Below, one piece after another: positions 11,495 to 24,335 of a stretch of DNA of 64,000 bases. Under the pieces are notes generated by a model. That model worked only from the letters and a program-made list of their open reading frames with translations. It had not been told where the DNA came from and did not search any database. Each line of letters begins with the position of its first letter. The stretch's first letter is position 1. Source of the DNA: Deltaproteobacteria bacterium (lineage in GTDB: Bacteria; CG2-30-53-67). The stretch is from assembly GCA_013151235.1 (NCBI GenBank), contig JAADIO010000016.1:1-64000 (forward strand), read 5' to 3'. The position numbers and the translations under genes are program-made.

Positions 11495-12637
11495 TCAATA
11501 CATCTCATATTTGACCAGTCGCCCTTCCAGTCCGCCGTTCTTCAGCGGTTTCTTCCAGGAAGGCTTGAGCCCGATTTTCTTGATCATTTCCCGGTTGCCG
11601 AAGTAGAGATAGGCGCTGGTGCCCCGGCAGCGCTGCTTCAGAAAATCCCCGAACTCTTTGTAAAAATTTCCCAGGTCTGATTCCTTCCCGAGGCGGATGC
11701 CGTAAGGAGGATTGCAGACGAGGACAGCGTTCCGGATCTCTTCGATCTTGCGAAAATCACGACAGCGAAGATCGACCCCTTCATGGCCGGGGAGCGTCAC
11801 CAGGTTCTTTCGTGTCGCCGCAACGGCCTGTTTTGAACGGTCCCCGGCAAAGATCAACCCCGGCGGCAAGGGCCGAATTTTCCTGTCCATCTCCGCCTTT
11901 ATTTTTCCCCATGCGGCCGTCTCGAACTCGGGGAGGGACGCAAAACCGAAGTGCTTTCGCAGAAAACCGGCCGGAATCCGGCAGTAGGCCATCAAGGCCT
12001 CGGTGATCAGGGTCCCGGAACCGCACATGGGATCGTAAAGCGCCCGCTCTCCCTCCCAGCCCGACATCCGGATGATCGCCGCCGCCACCGTCTCCTGCAT
12101 GGGCGCCTCCACCGAGGCCTTCCGGTAACCCCGACGGTGAAGAGATCCGCCGGAGGTGTCGAGGCTGATCGTCGCCCGGTTCCGGTGGATGTGCAGGCTG
12201 AACCAGACGTCCGGAGTTTTGGTCTCGACATCGGGCCGTCTGCCGCAGGTCTCCCGGAAAAAATCGGCAATTGCGTCCTTCAAACAGAGGGCTGCATACC
12301 GGGAGTGACGGATACGGCTGTCCGAGACATTTGCAAAGACGGCAAAGGTCTCATCGGGGGAGAGGAAATCGGACCATCGGATCGACCCGGCCGTCTTGCG
12401 AAGATACTTCGGGCTGTGACAGTCGAAGGTGAGAAGGGGCGCCAGGATCCGGGTGATTATGCGTGCGCCGTAGTTGATCCGGAAAAGATCGGCTGTATCC
12501 GCCTTGAAATAGATCCCCCGGTAGGCCGGTTGGATTTCCCGGGCGCCCAGCGCCGCAATCTCCCGGCTTCCCGCGTCTTCCAGACCATCGGCGATCTGAG
12601 CGAAGTAGCGGTGAGTTTTCCGATAGGTGTACATCAT
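11495..12637 (-). CDS. THUMP-domain RNA methyltransferase (RlmL-like)
   Basis: SLHRRGYR, APMQET, DPMCGSGT, NPPYG; start overlaps upstream stop (ATGA). Confidence 0.9.
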   Translation of the reverse strand: MMYTYRKTHRYFAQIADGLEDAGSREIAALGAREIQPAYRGIYFKADTADLFRINYGARIITRILAPLLTFDCHSPKYLRKTAGSIRWSDFLSPDETFAVFANVSDSRIRHSRYAALCLKDAIADFFRETCGRRPDVETKTPDVWFSLHIHRNRATISLDTSGGSLHRRGYRKASVEAPMQETVAAAIIRMSGWEGERALYDPMCGSGTLITEALMAYCRIPAGFLRKHFGFASLPEFETAAWGKIKAEMDRKIRPLPPGLIFAGDRSKQAVAATRKNLVTLPGHEGVDLRCRDFRKIEEIRNAVLVCNPPYGIRLGKESDLGNFYKEFGDFLKQRCRGTSAYLYFGNREMIKKIGLKPSWKKPLKNGGLEGRLVKYEMY

Positions 12638-13614
12638 TTCTCTTTTGCCGCCGCCCGCTGCCGGAAATGGAACCAGGTTTCGAAGAGTCCGGCACCACAG
12701 AGAAGAAGGATCAGGGTTGGCTGCAGAAGAAAAATGATATAGATTACACCCTTGACGATTCTCGGCAGGCGGGTCCGCTGGAGAAAGAAGGTGAGGATCC
12801 CGTATCCCTGGATCAGGTAGGCCAGCAGGAAGATAAGGGCGATGTTGAGCCCCACCCATTTCAGGTACGGGATCTTCAGAAGATAGAGCATCCCCGAGAG
12901 GATAAGTCCCCAGACCCAGCCGAAGGGAATCGTCAGTTCCTCCAGGGGGGGGACATGGGAGCGATCGAGTCCGAGGTACCCCGCCAGGTGCAGGGGGACC
13001 AGCAGGTTCAGGCAGACGATGGAGAAAGCATTCATGAAGATCAGGGCCGGATAGGCGACCTTCACGAAGGCGATCATCCCCTTCAGCCCCTGTTCATACT
13101 GCATCTTCTGCTCCGGTGTGAGTTGAAACCGACGGGCATTCTCCTGCGCGGCCAGCCGCAGGGATTCGCTCCCTTTGGCGAGAAGGGCGGAAAAATCCAT
13201 CCCGGAATAGGAGAGGTAAACGGCCCCGGCGGCAATGATCAGAAGGGTAGAGACCAGGGAGGTTGAGTAGAGCAGTCCCATGGCAGGGATTTTTTTCCGT
13301 AGTCCGTCGCCCAGCAGAATACCGACCACGGCAAACTGCGTCACGAAGATCAGCAGGACCGGAAGATTAAAGAGAAGAAGAATGAAGCCGGCACTCAGGG
13401 CCGCAACAGCCACCCCCAGGGGATTGCCGTAGCGCCAGGTGGTGAGAACGAGAAAAATAGGGGAGAGGATCATCGGAAGGATGGCCAGGAAAAAGAAGGC
13501 CGGCGAGATCTCCACCACCAGGAAGGCGGAGAAAAAGAACGTGGTTCCCAGAACGGCCTGAGGCAGCCAGGTGCGGGGAGAGGCAAAGATCTTCTGGAAA
13601 TAGGGATGACCCAT
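12634..13614 (-). CDS. DUF2232/YybS-family membrane protein
   Basis: Multiple TM helices, YLIQG and GLFETWFHFR-type C-terminal motif. Confidence 0.8.
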   Translation of the reverse strand: MGHPYFQKIFASPRTWLPQAVLGTTFFFSAFLVVEISPAFFFLAILPMILSPIFLVLTTWRYGNPLGVAVAALSAGFILLLFNLPVLLIFVTQFAVVGILLGDGLRKKIPAMGLLYSTSLVSTLLIIAAGAVYLSYSGMDFSALLAKGSESLRLAAQENARRFQLTPEQKMQYEQGLKGMIAFVKVAYPALIFMNAFSIVCLNLLVPLHLAGYLGLDRSHVPPLEELTIPFGWVWGLILSGMLYLLKIPYLKWVGLNIALIFLLAYLIQGYGILTFFLQRTRLPRIVKGVIYIIFLLQPTLILLLCGAGLFETWFHFRQRAAAKEK

Positions 13615-13620
13615 CCGCTT

Positions 13621-14493
13621 TCAACCTCCACGGACGGCAAAGGCCATCCGTTCCCATCCGGCAAGATCTTGGACGACTTCAATCGTATGGAACCCGCCGG
13701 CATTTTTCAGCAGATCCCGTACCTTCGCCCCCTGCCCCTCACCGATTTCCAGGGCCAATCGCCCCCCCGGCCGGAGAAGGGTTCCGGCCTCCCGAATCAT
13801 CCTTTCAATCAGAGACAGTCCGTCCGGTCCGGCAAAAAGGGCGGCATGAGGTTCGTAGTCTCGGACCTCCGGCTGAAGCTGTTCCCGCGTCGTCTCGGGA
13901 ACATAAGGAAGATTTGCAACGATCAAATCCGCCCGGTATTCGACCGTTAAAGCCGACAACAGATTTCCCCGAAGTGCCTGGAACCGGTCCGACACACGAT
14001 GGCGTGCCGCATTTGTGCAGGCCACACGGAGCGCTTCTCCGGCAAGGTCGATGGCCAGGACTGTTGCTCCGGGTCTTTCACAGAGGAGGGTCACGGCGAT
14101 ACAACCGCTGCCGGTGCCGACATCGATAGTCCGGCGAAGGCAATCGGTGCGCTTTAAGATCTCTTCGACGAAGAGCTCCGTTTCCGGCCGGGGAATCAGC
14201 ACATCCGGATTGACCGTAAAGGATCGGCCGAAGAATGAGACCTCCCCTTCAATATATTGCAGCGGTTCCCGTTTCCCGCGGCGTTCCAGCAGAGACCGGT
14301 AACGGTCCTCTTCTTCAACCGATAAGGATGGACCCTCCAGATAGAGGGAGAGCCGGGGTCTTCGAAGGACAAAGGCAAGCAGTTCTTCAGCATCATGATG
14401 CGGGTTCGGTACCCCGAGATTGCGGAGATAGGATGCTCCCCGGGAGAGAAGATCACAGAGCAGCACCTGACTACTTCGCACAGCGGCCGGCAT
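13621..14493 (-). CDS. prmC: Release factor glutamine methyltransferase
   Basis: REPLQYI, VLIPRPETE, DVGTGSG, ANLPY; downstream of prfA. Confidence 0.95.
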   Translation of the reverse strand: MPAAVRSSQVLLCDLLSRGASYLRNLGVPNPHHDAEELLAFVLRRPRLSLYLEGPSLSVEEEDRYRSLLERRGKREPLQYIEGEVSFFGRSFTVNPDVLIPRPETELFVEEILKRTDCLRRTIDVGTGSGCIAVTLLCERPGATVLAIDLAGEALRVACTNAARHRVSDRFQALRGNLLSALTVEYRADLIVANLPYVPETTREQLQPEVRDYEPHAALFAGPDGLSLIERMIREAGTLLRPGGRLALEIGEGQGAKVRDLLKNAGGFHTIEVVQDLAGWERMAFAVRGG

Positions 14494-14512
14494 CGATATA
14501 TTCCTTCCCTGA

Positions 14513-15580
14513 TCAGGCCTCTTTCAAAGCCTCCGCTTCCATGGTTGTCGTCAAGACATCGATCATTTCATCAAGCCCCCCTTCCAGGATCGCCTCCAGC
14601 TTGTGCAGGGTCAGCCCGATCCGATGATCGGTCACCCGGTTCTGGGGAAAGTTGTAGGTACGGATCCGTTCACTCCTGTCCCCGCTTCCCACCTGAGACT
14701 TACGGTTCCGGGCGATTTCATCCTCCTGCTCCGCCTGAAGCCGGTCCAAGAGCCGTGCCCGGAGGACTTTCAGCGCCTTGGCCTTGTTCTTCAACTGGGA
14801 TTTCTCGTCCTGGCAGATCACCACTAACCCCGAGGGGAGATGGGTCACCCGGACGGCGGAATCGGTTGTATTTACGCTCTGGCCCCCGGGTCCGGAGGAG
14901 CGGAAGACGTCGATCTTCAAGTCGCTGGAATTGATTTCCACCTCTACCTCTTCCGCTTCGGGCAGGACCGCAACGGTGACGGCCGAGGTATGGATGCGGC
15001 CGCCCGTCTCGGTGACGGGAATCCGCTGTACCCGGTGGACGCCGCTTTCATATTTCAGACGGCTGTAGGCTCCGTGCCCCTCGATGAGGGCGATAATCTC
15101 TTTCAGACCTCCGACGCCCGTTGGGTTGCTGTTCATGATCTCCACACGCCAGCCGGCATTTTCCGCATATCGACTGTACATCCGGAAGAGATCCGCCGCA
15201 AAAAGGGCCGCCTCTTCACCCCCGGTTCCGGCGCGAATTTCCAGAAATATATTCTTGTCATCATTCGGATCCTTAGGCAGAAGGAGCAGTTTCAGTTCTT
15301 TTTCCAGCGTTTCCTGCCGACCTTGAAGTTCTCCGATCTCGAGTTCCGCCATCTCCGTCATTTCCGCATCGCCCCCGGACTCCGCAAGAACCTCTTTTGC
15401 TGCGGCAAGATCATCAAGGACCTTCCGATAGGCCCGGTATTTTTCGACAATCCCCGTAAGCCTTGAATGCTCTTTGGCCAGCGGCTGAAACTGTTTCTGA
15501 TCGGAAATCACCTCCGGGTCACTCATTTTTCGTGTGATCTCATCGTATCTGCTTTCCACTTCTTTGAGTTTTTCCAACAT
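14513..15580 (-). CDS. prfA: Peptide chain release factor 1
   Basis: PVT anticodon-mimic motif, [16 protein letters not shown]. Confidence 0.98.
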   Translation of the reverse strand: MLEKLKEVESRYDEITRKMSDPEVISDQKQFQPLAKEHSRLTGIVEKYRAYRKVLDDLAAAKEVLAESGGDAEMTEMAELEIGELQGRQETLEKELKLLLLPKDPNDDKNIFLEIRAGTGGEEAALFAADLFRMYSRYAENAGWRVEIMNSNPTGVGGLKEIIALIEGHGAYSRLKYESGVHRVQRIPVTETGGRIHTSAVTVAVLPEAEEVEVEINSSDLKIDVFRSSGPGGQSVNTTDSAVRVTHLPSGLVVICQDEKSQLKNKAKALKVLRARLLDRLQAEQEDEIARNRKSQVGSGDRSERIRTYNFPQNRVTDHRIGLTLHKLEAILEGGLDEMIDVLTTTMEAEALKEA

Positions 15581-15820
15581 AGCGTAACTCTTATTCGTTG
15601 TCTTTTCCGGGTCGGAGATTTTATCGAGAAAAGTCAATCCCGACAAGGAACGTGTATGCAGCAAGGAAGAAGGCTTATGCCTGCACTTGAAGGACGGACA
15701 CTTTGCAAAGAAGAGTCCGACGATGGATCTTCAAAAAGGAAAGCAGCTAACGACCGGGAAGGATCCGTGGAATCATGGATGGTACCGGAAACGAAAGATA
15801 TCCTCAGGTTGCGGAAAATA

Positions 15821-16021
15821 TTACTTCAAGCCGTATTTCTTCTTGAACTTTTCCACGCGACCTTCCGTATCGACGATTTTCTGCTGTCCTGTATAGAAAG
15901 GATGGCAGTTGGAGCAGATCTCAACCTTCAGGTCTTTCTGGGTGGATCGTGTTTCAATAACGTTCCCGCAGGTACAGGTAATCGTCGTCTCTTCGTACTT
16001 CGGATGGATCTTGTCTTTCAT
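15821..16021 (-). CDS. rpmE: 50S ribosomal protein L31, zinc-binding type
   Basis: [13 protein letters not shown] and [10 protein letters not shown]. Confidence 0.97.
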   Translation of the reverse strand: MKDKIHPKYEETTITCTCGNVIETRSTQKDLKVEICSNCHPFYTGQQKIVDTEGRVEKFKKKYGLK

Positions 16022-16131
16022 TTTCAAGCCCTTTCATGAACATCTAAAATCTGCATTATAGGCTTTCAGAGGGAAAAATCAAGAAGAAAATGATGTTCGA
16101 ATTGAAAGAGTCCCTGCTACCAGGATCGGAA

Positions 16132-17679
16132 TCACTCCCACTCAATGGTGCCGGGGGGCTTGGAGGAGATGTCGTAGGTAACACGGTTGACGCCCTGGAC
16201 CTCGTTGATAATCCGGTTGGAGATCCGGGAGAGCAGGTCGTAGGGGAGCTGGACCCAGTCAGCAGTCATGCCGTCCTTGCTATTCACGGCACGAATGGCG
16301 ATGACATGATCGTAAGTTCGTTCGTCACCCATAACACCGACCGTCTTAATCGGGAGCAGAACGGCAAAGGACTGCCATATCTCCCGGTAGAGACCGGCCC
16401 CCTTGATCTCTTCGATCACAATCGCATCCGCCCGGCGGAGGATGGAGAGACGTTCCGCTGTGATCTCCCCCAAAATCCGGATTGCCAACCCCGGACCGGG
16501 GAATGGCTGGCGGTAGATGATGTCCGACGGGAGGGAGAGTTCCACTCCGACAAGACGAACCTCGTCCTTGAAGAGTTCCCGGAAGGGTTCGACAAGTTTC
16601 AGTTTCATCCGTTCCGGAAGCCCGCCCACATTGTGGTGGCTTTTTATCGTTGCAGACGGCCCCTTGAAGGAGATGCTCTCAATCACATCAGGATAGAGTG
16701 TCCCCTGCGCCAGGAAATCAACCTGCCCGATTTTGGCGGCCTCTTCCTCGAATATCTGAATAAACTCGTTGCCGATAATCTTCCGCTTCTTCTCCGGATC
16801 GGTCACACCGGAGAGTTTTTCGAGAAATCGTTTCGAGGCATCAACAGCCTGCAGGTTGATGTGAAACTCGTCCCGGAAGGTCTTCACCACCTTTTCCGAT
16901 TCGCCGAGACGCATGAGGCCGTTGTCAACATAGATGCAGGTTAGCCGGTCGCCGATCGCTTTGTGGATCAGTACCGCCGCCACGGAGGAGTCGACGCCGC
17001 CGGAAAGGGCGCAGAGAACACGGCCACCTCCGACCCGCTCCCGAATCTCGGCAATGCTCTGTTCCACGAAGGAATGCATCGTCCAGCTTGGTCTGCAACC
17101 GCAAATTCGGTAGACGAAATTCTTCAGGATCTCTACCCCGCCGGGAGTATGGACCACCTCGGGGTGGAACTGAAGAGCATAGAATCTGCGTGAGTCATCG
17201 GCCATTGCCGCCACAGGCGAATTATTGCTTTCGGCAATTGCTACAAATCCGGCAGGGGGGGAATCAATCCGGTCTCCGTGACTCATCCAGACACGAAGGC
17301 TTTCCTCCAACCCTGCAAAGAGATCCCCTCCTCCTTCCTGCCGAACCGTTGCGGCGCCATATTCCCGGCGGGCGGAGGGCGTAACCTCTCCCCCGAGCTG
17401 ATGCGTCATGAGCTGCATGCCGTAGCAGATCCCGAGGACCGGGATCCCCATCTCGAAGATCCCCCTATCAGGGAGAGGAGCCGACTCTTCCAGGACACTG
17501 GAAGGCCCGCCGGAGAGGATCAGGCCGGAAGGAGCAAAGGCCTTGATTTCTTTAAGGGATTCGTTGCAGGGGCGGATCTCGGAGTAAACATGCAGTTCCC
17601 GGATTCGCCGGGCGATAAGCTGAGTATACTGGGATCCGAAATCGAGGATCAGAATTTTTTCCTGTTGGCGAGTGGTCAT
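16132..17679 (-). CDS. guaA: GMP synthase (glutamine-hydrolysing)
   Basis: [29 protein letters not shown]. Confidence 0.98.
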   Translation of the reverse strand: MTTRQQEKILILDFGSQYTQLIARRIRELHVYSEIRPCNESLKEIKAFAPSGLILSGGPSSVLEESAPLPDRGIFEMGIPVLGICYGMQLMTHQLGGEVTPSARREYGAATVRQEGGGDLFAGLEESLRVWMSHGDRIDSPPAGFVAIAESNNSPVAAMADDSRRFYALQFHPEVVHTPGGVEILKNFVYRICGCRPSWTMHSFVEQSIAEIRERVGGGRVLCALSGGVDSSVAAVLIHKAIGDRLTCIYVDNGLMRLGESEKVVKTFRDEFHINLQAVDASKRFLEKLSGVTDPEKKRKIIGNEFIQIFEEEAAKIGQVDFLAQGTLYPDVIESISFKGPSATIKSHHNVGGLPERMKLKLVEPFRELFKDEVRLVGVELSLPSDIIYRQPFPGPGLAIRILGEITAERLSILRRADAIVIEEIKGAGLYREIWQSFAVLLPIKTVGVMGDERTYDHVIAIRAVNSKDGMTADWVQLPYDLLSRISNRIINEVQGVNRVTYDISSKPPGTIEWE

Positions 17680-17780
17680 TTATTATCCGGTTCTTCTCCC
17701 ATTTGTGAACTTAAGATAAGGACTTGAGATTCTCGCTCATAGAAATGTGCAGACCGGGGATCTGCGGTGAAGTTCAGCCC

Positions 17781-17924
17781 GTCACTGCTCAGGTTGCCCA
17801 GCTTCTTTCGCAGGGCAAGACGCGGGGAACGCAGACTCGGAAGCGTAGATATGTAATACGCTGAGGATTCGAGCGCTGCAAAAGTACCGCCATGCGGAAA
17901 AAAGAAAGGAAGCTTAGCCGTGAG
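17781..17924 (-). repeat. Divergent copy of palindromic element family A between guaB and guaA
   Basis: GTCACTGCTCAGGTTGC...CGCAGGGCAAGACGC...GAGGATTCGAGC...CATGCGGAAAAAAG aligns with the reverse complement of 361-502. Confidence 0.7.
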
Positions 17925-17926
17925 AC

Positions 17927-19423
<1,497 letters not shown>

Positions 19424-19639
19424 TCACGCAAAACCCACCATCATATATTCAAATGTTTCTAAGAGACGAGGAAAATTAACACAGCTTCCCACCTCCGTCA
19501 AGGAGGAAATCATCAGAAGTTTCCCCAAAAACAGCCACTTTGCAGGTCCAAGTTTTTGAAAAGAATGAGGAAGATCGTTTTGTAAGGTGTCCGGGGTGTT
19601 TTCTGTGAGGTTCACGGAAGTCCTGGGAGGGCTTTTCCC

Positions 19640-19668
19640 TTGACATCATTCGGCAAGGTTGATATTTT
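19640..19668 (+). promoter_or_regulatory. Putative sigma-70 promoter of ileS operon
   Basis: TTGACA-17 bp-TATTTT. Confidence 0.4.
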
Positions 19669-19754
19669 CCGATTCAGTTTAAAAAACAAATTGTTGACGG
19701 ATTTTTTCCTGATTCACGAACAGTCTCCCTTCATGTAAGGCAGTAGATGCTCCC

Positions 19755-22556
19755 ATGGATTACAAAGATACTCTGAACCTCCCCTCCACAACCTTTCCCA
19801 TGAAGGCGAACCTGACCCGGCGCGAACCGGAACTTCTCCGCCGATGGGAGGAGATGGATCTCCACGGAAAGATCCTGGAAAAAAACAACGGAAAACCGGT
19901 CTTCACCCTTCACGACGGCCCCCCTTACGCCAACGGCAATATCCATATCGGCCATGCCCTGAACAAGATTCTCAAGGACATCATCATCAAGTACAAGAGC
20001 ATGAAAGGGTACTATGCCGAATATGTTCCCGGCTGGGACTGCCATGGTCTTCCGATCGAACTGCAGGTCGATAAGAAACTCGGATCGAAAAAGAAGGCGA
20101 TGACCCAGGTCGAGTTCCGGCGCAAGTGCCGGGAGTATGCCGACCGTTTCGTCGGAATCCAGCGGGAGGAGTTCAGGCGGTTGGGAGGCATCGGGGCGTG
20201 GGATACTCCCTATCTGACCATGGACTACCGCTACGAGGGGGCGATCATACGGGAGTTCGGCCGGTTCGTTGAACAGGGAGGGGTCTACAAAGGGAAGAAA
20301 CCGATTCACTGGTGCGCCTCCTGCCGGACGGCCCTGGCCGAGGCCGAGGTGGAGTACGCCGACGAGGAGTCTCCCTCCGTTTATGTCCGGTTTCCTCTGG
20401 AAGAGACGGTGGGTGAGCGGATTCCGGCCTTGAGCGGGAAAAAGGTCTTCGTCGTCATCTGGACGACCACCCCCTGGACCCTCCCGGCCAATCTGGCCGT
20501 CTGCCTCCATCCCGATTTCACCTATGTTGCCGTGGAGACGGAGAAGGGTGTGCTGATCGTTGCGAAAGAGCGCCTGAAGGTCTGCATGGAAAGCTTCGGG
20601 ATTGAAGAATGCCCGGTCCTTGCAACCTTTGCCGGGCGTGATCTCGAAGGCTTGCTCGCCCGGCACCCCTTTGAAGAGCGGGATTCCCTCCTCATCGTCG
20701 GAGATCACGTGACCCTGGAACAGGGAACCGGCTGTGTTCACACGGCACCGGGCCACGGCGAGGATGATTACAAGATCGGGATGCGATACGATCTTGACGT
20801 CTATACCCCGGTCGATGACCGGGGCTGTTTCACCGACGAGGCCGGCCCCTTTGCGGGGCAGTTCGTCTTTAAGGCGAACGGCCCGATCACGGAACTTCTG
20901 GCCGAAAGAGGTCATCTCCTGGCCTCGGAGAAGGTGGAACACTCCTATCCTCACTGCTGGAGGTGTAAAAAGCCGATCATTTTCCGGGCCACGGCCCAAT
21001 GGTTCATCTCCATGGAGGCCAACGATCTTCGAAAACGGACCCTCGATACGATTCGCAATAAGGTCGACTGGATCCCGGCCTGGGGAGAAAACCGGATCTA
21101 TGCCATGGTGGAGAACCGGCCCGACTGGTGTATCTCCCGGCAGCGGAGCTGGGGGGTTCCCATTGCCGTCTTCCAGTGCAGTGCCTGCGGGGAGTATCTC
21201 CTCGATGCCTCCGTGATATACCACGTGGCGGGCCTCGTTGAGAAGGAGGGGGCCGATATCTGGTTCGACCGGGAGGCGAAGGATCTCATGCCGGCCGGGA
21301 CGGTCTGCCCCAAGTGCGGTGAGGACGATTTTGAAAGGGAGCAGGATATTCTCGACGTCTGGTTCGACTCCGGCGTCAGCCATACCGCCGTGATCGGCGC
21401 GCGGGAGGGGCTTTCCTATCCCGCAGATCTCTACCTTGAGGGGAGCGACCAGCACCGGGGGTGGTTTCACAGCGCCCTCCTGACAGCTCTCGGCACCGGG
21501 AAGGAAGAACCGTTCCGCGCCGTTCTGACCCACGGCTTCGTGGTCGACGGCAACGGCAAGAAGATGTCCAAGTCGGTCGGCAACGTGATCGCCCCGAAGA
21601 GCGTGATTCAGCAGAATGGTGCCGAGATCCTGCGGCTCTGGGTTGCCGCCGAGGACTACCGGGACGATATCAAGATCTCTTCGGAGATCTTAAAAAGAAT
21701 GGTCGAGGCCTACCGGAAGATCCGGAACACGGCCCGCTTCATCCTGGGGAACTTAAGCGACTTTGATCCCGAAGTCGATGCCGTATCCATAGAAAATATG
21801 CCCGAACTCGACCGATGGGCCCTTCATCAACTGAACCGGCTGATCGAACGGGTGGACAACGCCTACGGGCGCTACGCCTTTCACACGATCTACCATACCC
21901 TGTACAACTTCTGTACCGTGGAGCTTTCCGCCCGGTATCTGGATATCCTCAAGGATCGGCTCTATGTTCTGAAGGCCGATGCCCCGGGGCGTCGCGCCTC
22001 CCAGACGGTTCTCTGCCGGATCATCACGACCCTCACCCGCCTGATGGCGCCGATCCTGAGTTTTACCGCCGAGGAGATCTGGGGAATGATTCCGGGAGGA
22101 TCGGGGGAGGAATCCGTCTTTTTGAGTGATTTCCCCGCGGCCGACCCCGCTGCCTGCGATGATGAACTGGCCGCCCGCTGGGAGGAGATCTTCACCGTCC
22201 GGGGAGAGGTTTCCCGGGCACTCGAAGAGGCGAGGCGGGCCAAGGTGGTGGGACTCTCCCTCGAAGCGGCTGTCGATCTCTATCTTGCGGAAAAATGGAG
22301 GGATCGGCTCGCCCCTTATGAGGCACAGCTCCCGGAGATTATGATTGTCTCCGCCGTTACGCTCCATTCCCTGACGGAGACCGCCGCCGAGGCACAGCCC
22401 GAAGGGGAAGTCGCTGGAGTGAGGGTCCGGGTACGGCCTGCGGAAGGTGAGAAGTGCGGACGATGCTGGAACTTCAGTTCCACCGTGGGGGAAGATCCCG
22501 GTCATCCCGATGTCTGCCGTCGATGTGCAGGAGTTCTGCGGGAATTGGGGGGTTAA
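19755..22556 (+). CDS. ileS: Isoleucine--tRNA ligase
   Basis: HIGH and KMSKS motifs, WTTTPWTLPAN, C-terminal zinc finger. Confidence 0.98.
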   Translation: MDYKDTLNLPSTTFPMKANLTRREPELLRRWEEMDLHGKILEKNNGKPVFTLHDGPPYANGNIHIGHALNKILKDIIIKYKSMKGYYAEYVPGWDCHGLPIELQVDKKLGSKKKAMTQVEFRRKCREYADRFVGIQREEFRRLGGIGAWDTPYLTMDYRYEGAIIREFGRFVEQGGVYKGKKPIHWCASCRTALAEAEVEYADEESPSVYVRFPLEETVGERIPALSGKKVFVVIWTTTPWTLPANLAVCLHPDFTYVAVETEKGVLIVAKERLKVCMESFGIEECPVLATFAGRDLEGLLARHPFEERDSLLIVGDHVTLEQGTGCVHTAPGHGEDDYKIGMRYDLDVYTPVDDRGCFTDEAGPFAGQFVFKANGPITELLAERGHLLASEKVEHSYPHCWRCKKPIIFRATAQWFISMEANDLRKRTLDTIRNKVDWIPAWGENRIYAMVENRPDWCISRQRSWGVPIAVFQCSACGEYLLDASVIYHVAGLVEKEGADIWFDREAKDLMPAGTVCPKCGEDDFEREQDILDVWFDSGVSHTAVIGAREGLSYPADLYLEGSDQHRGWFHSALLTALGTGKEEPFRAVLTHGFVVDGNGKKMSKSVGNVIAPKSVIQQNGAEILRLWVAAEDYRDDIKISSEILKRMVEAYRKIRNTARFILGNLSDFDPEVDAVSIENMPELDRWALHQLNRLIERVDNAYGRYAFHTIYHTLYNFCTVELSARYLDILKDRLYVLKADAPGRRASQTVLCRIITTLTRLMAPILSFTAEEIWGMIPGGSGEESVFLSDFPAADPAACDDELAARWEEIFTVRGEVSRALEEARRAKVVGLSLEAAVDLYLAEKWRDRLAPYEAQLPEIMIVSAVTLHSLTETAAEAQPEGEVAGVRVRVRPAEGEKCGRCWNFSSTVGEDPGHPDVCRRCAGVLRELGG

Positions 22557-22646
22557 AAACTCTACATACTTACGTATCCCCCCTTGCTCCTCTCTTGCAA
22601 GTGGGGGTAAGATCATCCATCAAATATTTCAGGCAAAGCGCATTCT

Positions 22647-23150
22647 ATGACCGACTCCCTTAGACGACTCCTCCTCATCGCCCCCCTGACGGTCCTTGTC
22701 GATCAGACAAGCAAACATCTCGTCATGACGGGCATGCGCCTCGGTCAGTCGATTCCCCTCCTCAAGGGGTATCTGAGGTTGACCTATATCCGCAATCCCG
22801 GCGCCGCCTTCGGATTTCTCTCCACCTCGTCGGAGGCCTTCCGGGTTCCATTTTTCCTCGGCATCTCCTTTCTGGCCATCACCGTCGTATTGATTTTCTA
22901 CCTGCGAAGCGCACAGGGGAATACGCTGCTCCAGGTCGGACTCTCCCTCGTTCTGGGCGGGGCCGTGGGAAACCTGATCGACCGCTTCCGTTTTCACGAG
23001 GTCGTCGACTTCATTGATCTTTATTTTCGGCAATACCACTGGCCGGCCTTCAACGTGGCCGACTCCGCCATCAGCGTCGGGGTGACAATCCTCCTGATCG
23101 ATGCAGTCCTCACCGGCCGGATGGAAAAACAGAACCCGGAGGGTACCTGA
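22647..23150 (+). CDS. lspA: Lipoprotein signal peptidase
   Basis: DQTSK, NPGAAFG, GNLIDR, VVDF, FNVAD. Confidence 0.97.
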   Translation: MTDSLRRLLLIAPLTVLVDQTSKHLVMTGMRLGQSIPLLKGYLRLTYIRNPGAAFGFLSTSSEAFRVPFFLGISFLAITVVLIFYLRSAQGNTLLQVGLSLVLGGAVGNLIDRFRFHEVVDFIDLYFRQYHWPAFNVADSAISVGVTILLIDAVLTGRMEKQNPEGT

Positions 23151-23938
23151 TGCATCCTGTCCTTGTCAGTTTCGGTCCTTTCACCCTCCATACCTATGGA
23201 CTGTTCGTGGCCTCCGCCTTCTTCGCCGCCATTTTCCTCAGCCTTCACGGAGCACGGAAAGAGGGGATCGACCCCGACCGGATGCTCGATTTTGCCTTCT
23301 ACGTGACACTCGCGGCGATCCTCGGCGCCAGGATCCTTTTCATCATCGTTGAATATCCATACTTCCTGGCGGACCCGATCCGAATCTTCAAGATCTGGGA
23401 AGGCGGGCTCGTTTTCTACGGCGGTTTCATCGGGGCGGTGATTGTTGCGATCCTCTACATGAAAAGACATGACATGCCGATCCTCACGGTCGGAGACATC
23501 GTGGCGCCCGCCCTCGCCCTCGGTCAGGCGGTCGGACGAATCGGGTGCCTCTCCGCCGGTTGCTGCTACGGCAAGCCGACCTTGCTTCCCTGGGGAATCA
23601 CCTTCACCGATCCCCGTTCTTTGGTCTCTCCCGACAAACTCGGCATCCCGCTCCACCCCACGCAGCTCTACTCCTCCCTCGGCAACCTCACCCTCTTCTT
23701 TTTCCTCCTTTTCATGAGCCGGAGGAAGAAATTTTCCGGCCAGATCCTTCTTCTCTACGGGATCTGCTATCCCCTTCTCCGCTCCTTCATTGAGATCTTC
23801 CGGGGCGACCCGCGGGGGAGCCTTTTCGGGGGAATGCTCTCTACTTCGCAGTTTATAAGCGTCATCGTCTTTTTGATCGCTCTGACCTTCTATTTCAAGC
23901 TGAGGAAGGGGCATCAGGTGTCAGGCCTTGACAAATGA
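23150..23938 (+). CDS. lgt: Prolipoprotein diacylglyceryl transferase
   Basis: GARILF, WEGGLVFYGG, GRIGC...GCCYG, HPTQLY, EIFRGD. Confidence 0.95.
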   Translation: MHPVLVSFGPFTLHTYGLFVASAFFAAIFLSLHGARKEGIDPDRMLDFAFYVTLAAILGARILFIIVEYPYFLADPIRIFKIWEGGLVFYGGFIGAVIVAILYMKRHDMPILTVGDIVAPALALGQAVGRIGCLSAGCCYGKPTLLPWGITFTDPRSLVSPDKLGIPLHPTQLYSSLGNLTLFFFLLFMSRRKKFSGQILLLYGICYPLLRSFIEIFRGDPRGSLFGGMLSTSQFISVIVFLIALTFYFKLRKGHQVSGLDK

Positions 23939-23947
23939 TATAATTTG
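23917..23947 (+). repeat. REP-like palindrome associated with the RAYT gene (copy overlapping lgt stop)
   Basis: GGTGTCAGGCCTTGACAAATGATATAATTTG, 30/31 identical to the reverse complement of 25613-25643. Confidence 0.85.
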
Positions 23948-23962
23948 TTTGAAAAAGAGATG

Positions 23963-24000
23963 GAACGGAATCCGGAAAACGACTTTTTGCGACTTCATCA
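23963..24000 (+). repeat. Right-end fragment of palindromic element family C
   Basis: GAACGGAATCCGGAAAACGACTTTTTGCGACTTCATCA nearly identical to 46368-46405. Confidence 0.75.
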
Positions 24001-24020
24001 AGGTTCGCTATGTGTCATTG

Positions 24021-24326
24021 TCAGGCACTCTTCTCCAGAACTCTGACCTCCTTCTCAAACTTCTTACCTCTCTTGTCTTTCTCGACTTCAATATCATACT
24101 GTGTCTGGAGGTTCAGTCAGAACCGTTCGGACAGGCCGAAATATCTGGACAACCGGAGATCTGTATCTGTGGAAACGGCTCTCTTGCCGTGAACGATCTC
24201 ATTGATTCTGCGCGGGGGTACACTGATATCCTTCGCCAGACGGTACTGGCTGATACCCATCGGTTTCAGGAATTCTTCAAGTAAAATTTCTCCCGGATGG
24301 ATCGGTTCCAGTTTTTTCCTGCTCAT
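24021..24326 (-). pseudogene. higA: HigA-family antitoxin with internal stop codon
   Basis: IHPGEILLEEFL...RINEIVHGKR...SERF*LNLQTQYDIEVEK: TGA at the Trp of the usual FWLNLQ motif; frame continues to 24021. Confidence 0.85.
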
Positions 24327-24335
24327 GACTCTCTC

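Noticed and set aside
19731-21533. Long antisense ORFs (also 40949-42454, 42309-43826, 54808-56538, 58554-60179)
   Set aside because: Shadows of GC-rich, codon-biased real genes on the opposite strand; no protein motifs
24117-24119. TGA recoding (Trp or Sec) in higA
   Set aside because: TGA is an ordinary stop in many genes here, the position is not a Cys site, and the partner toxin is also broken
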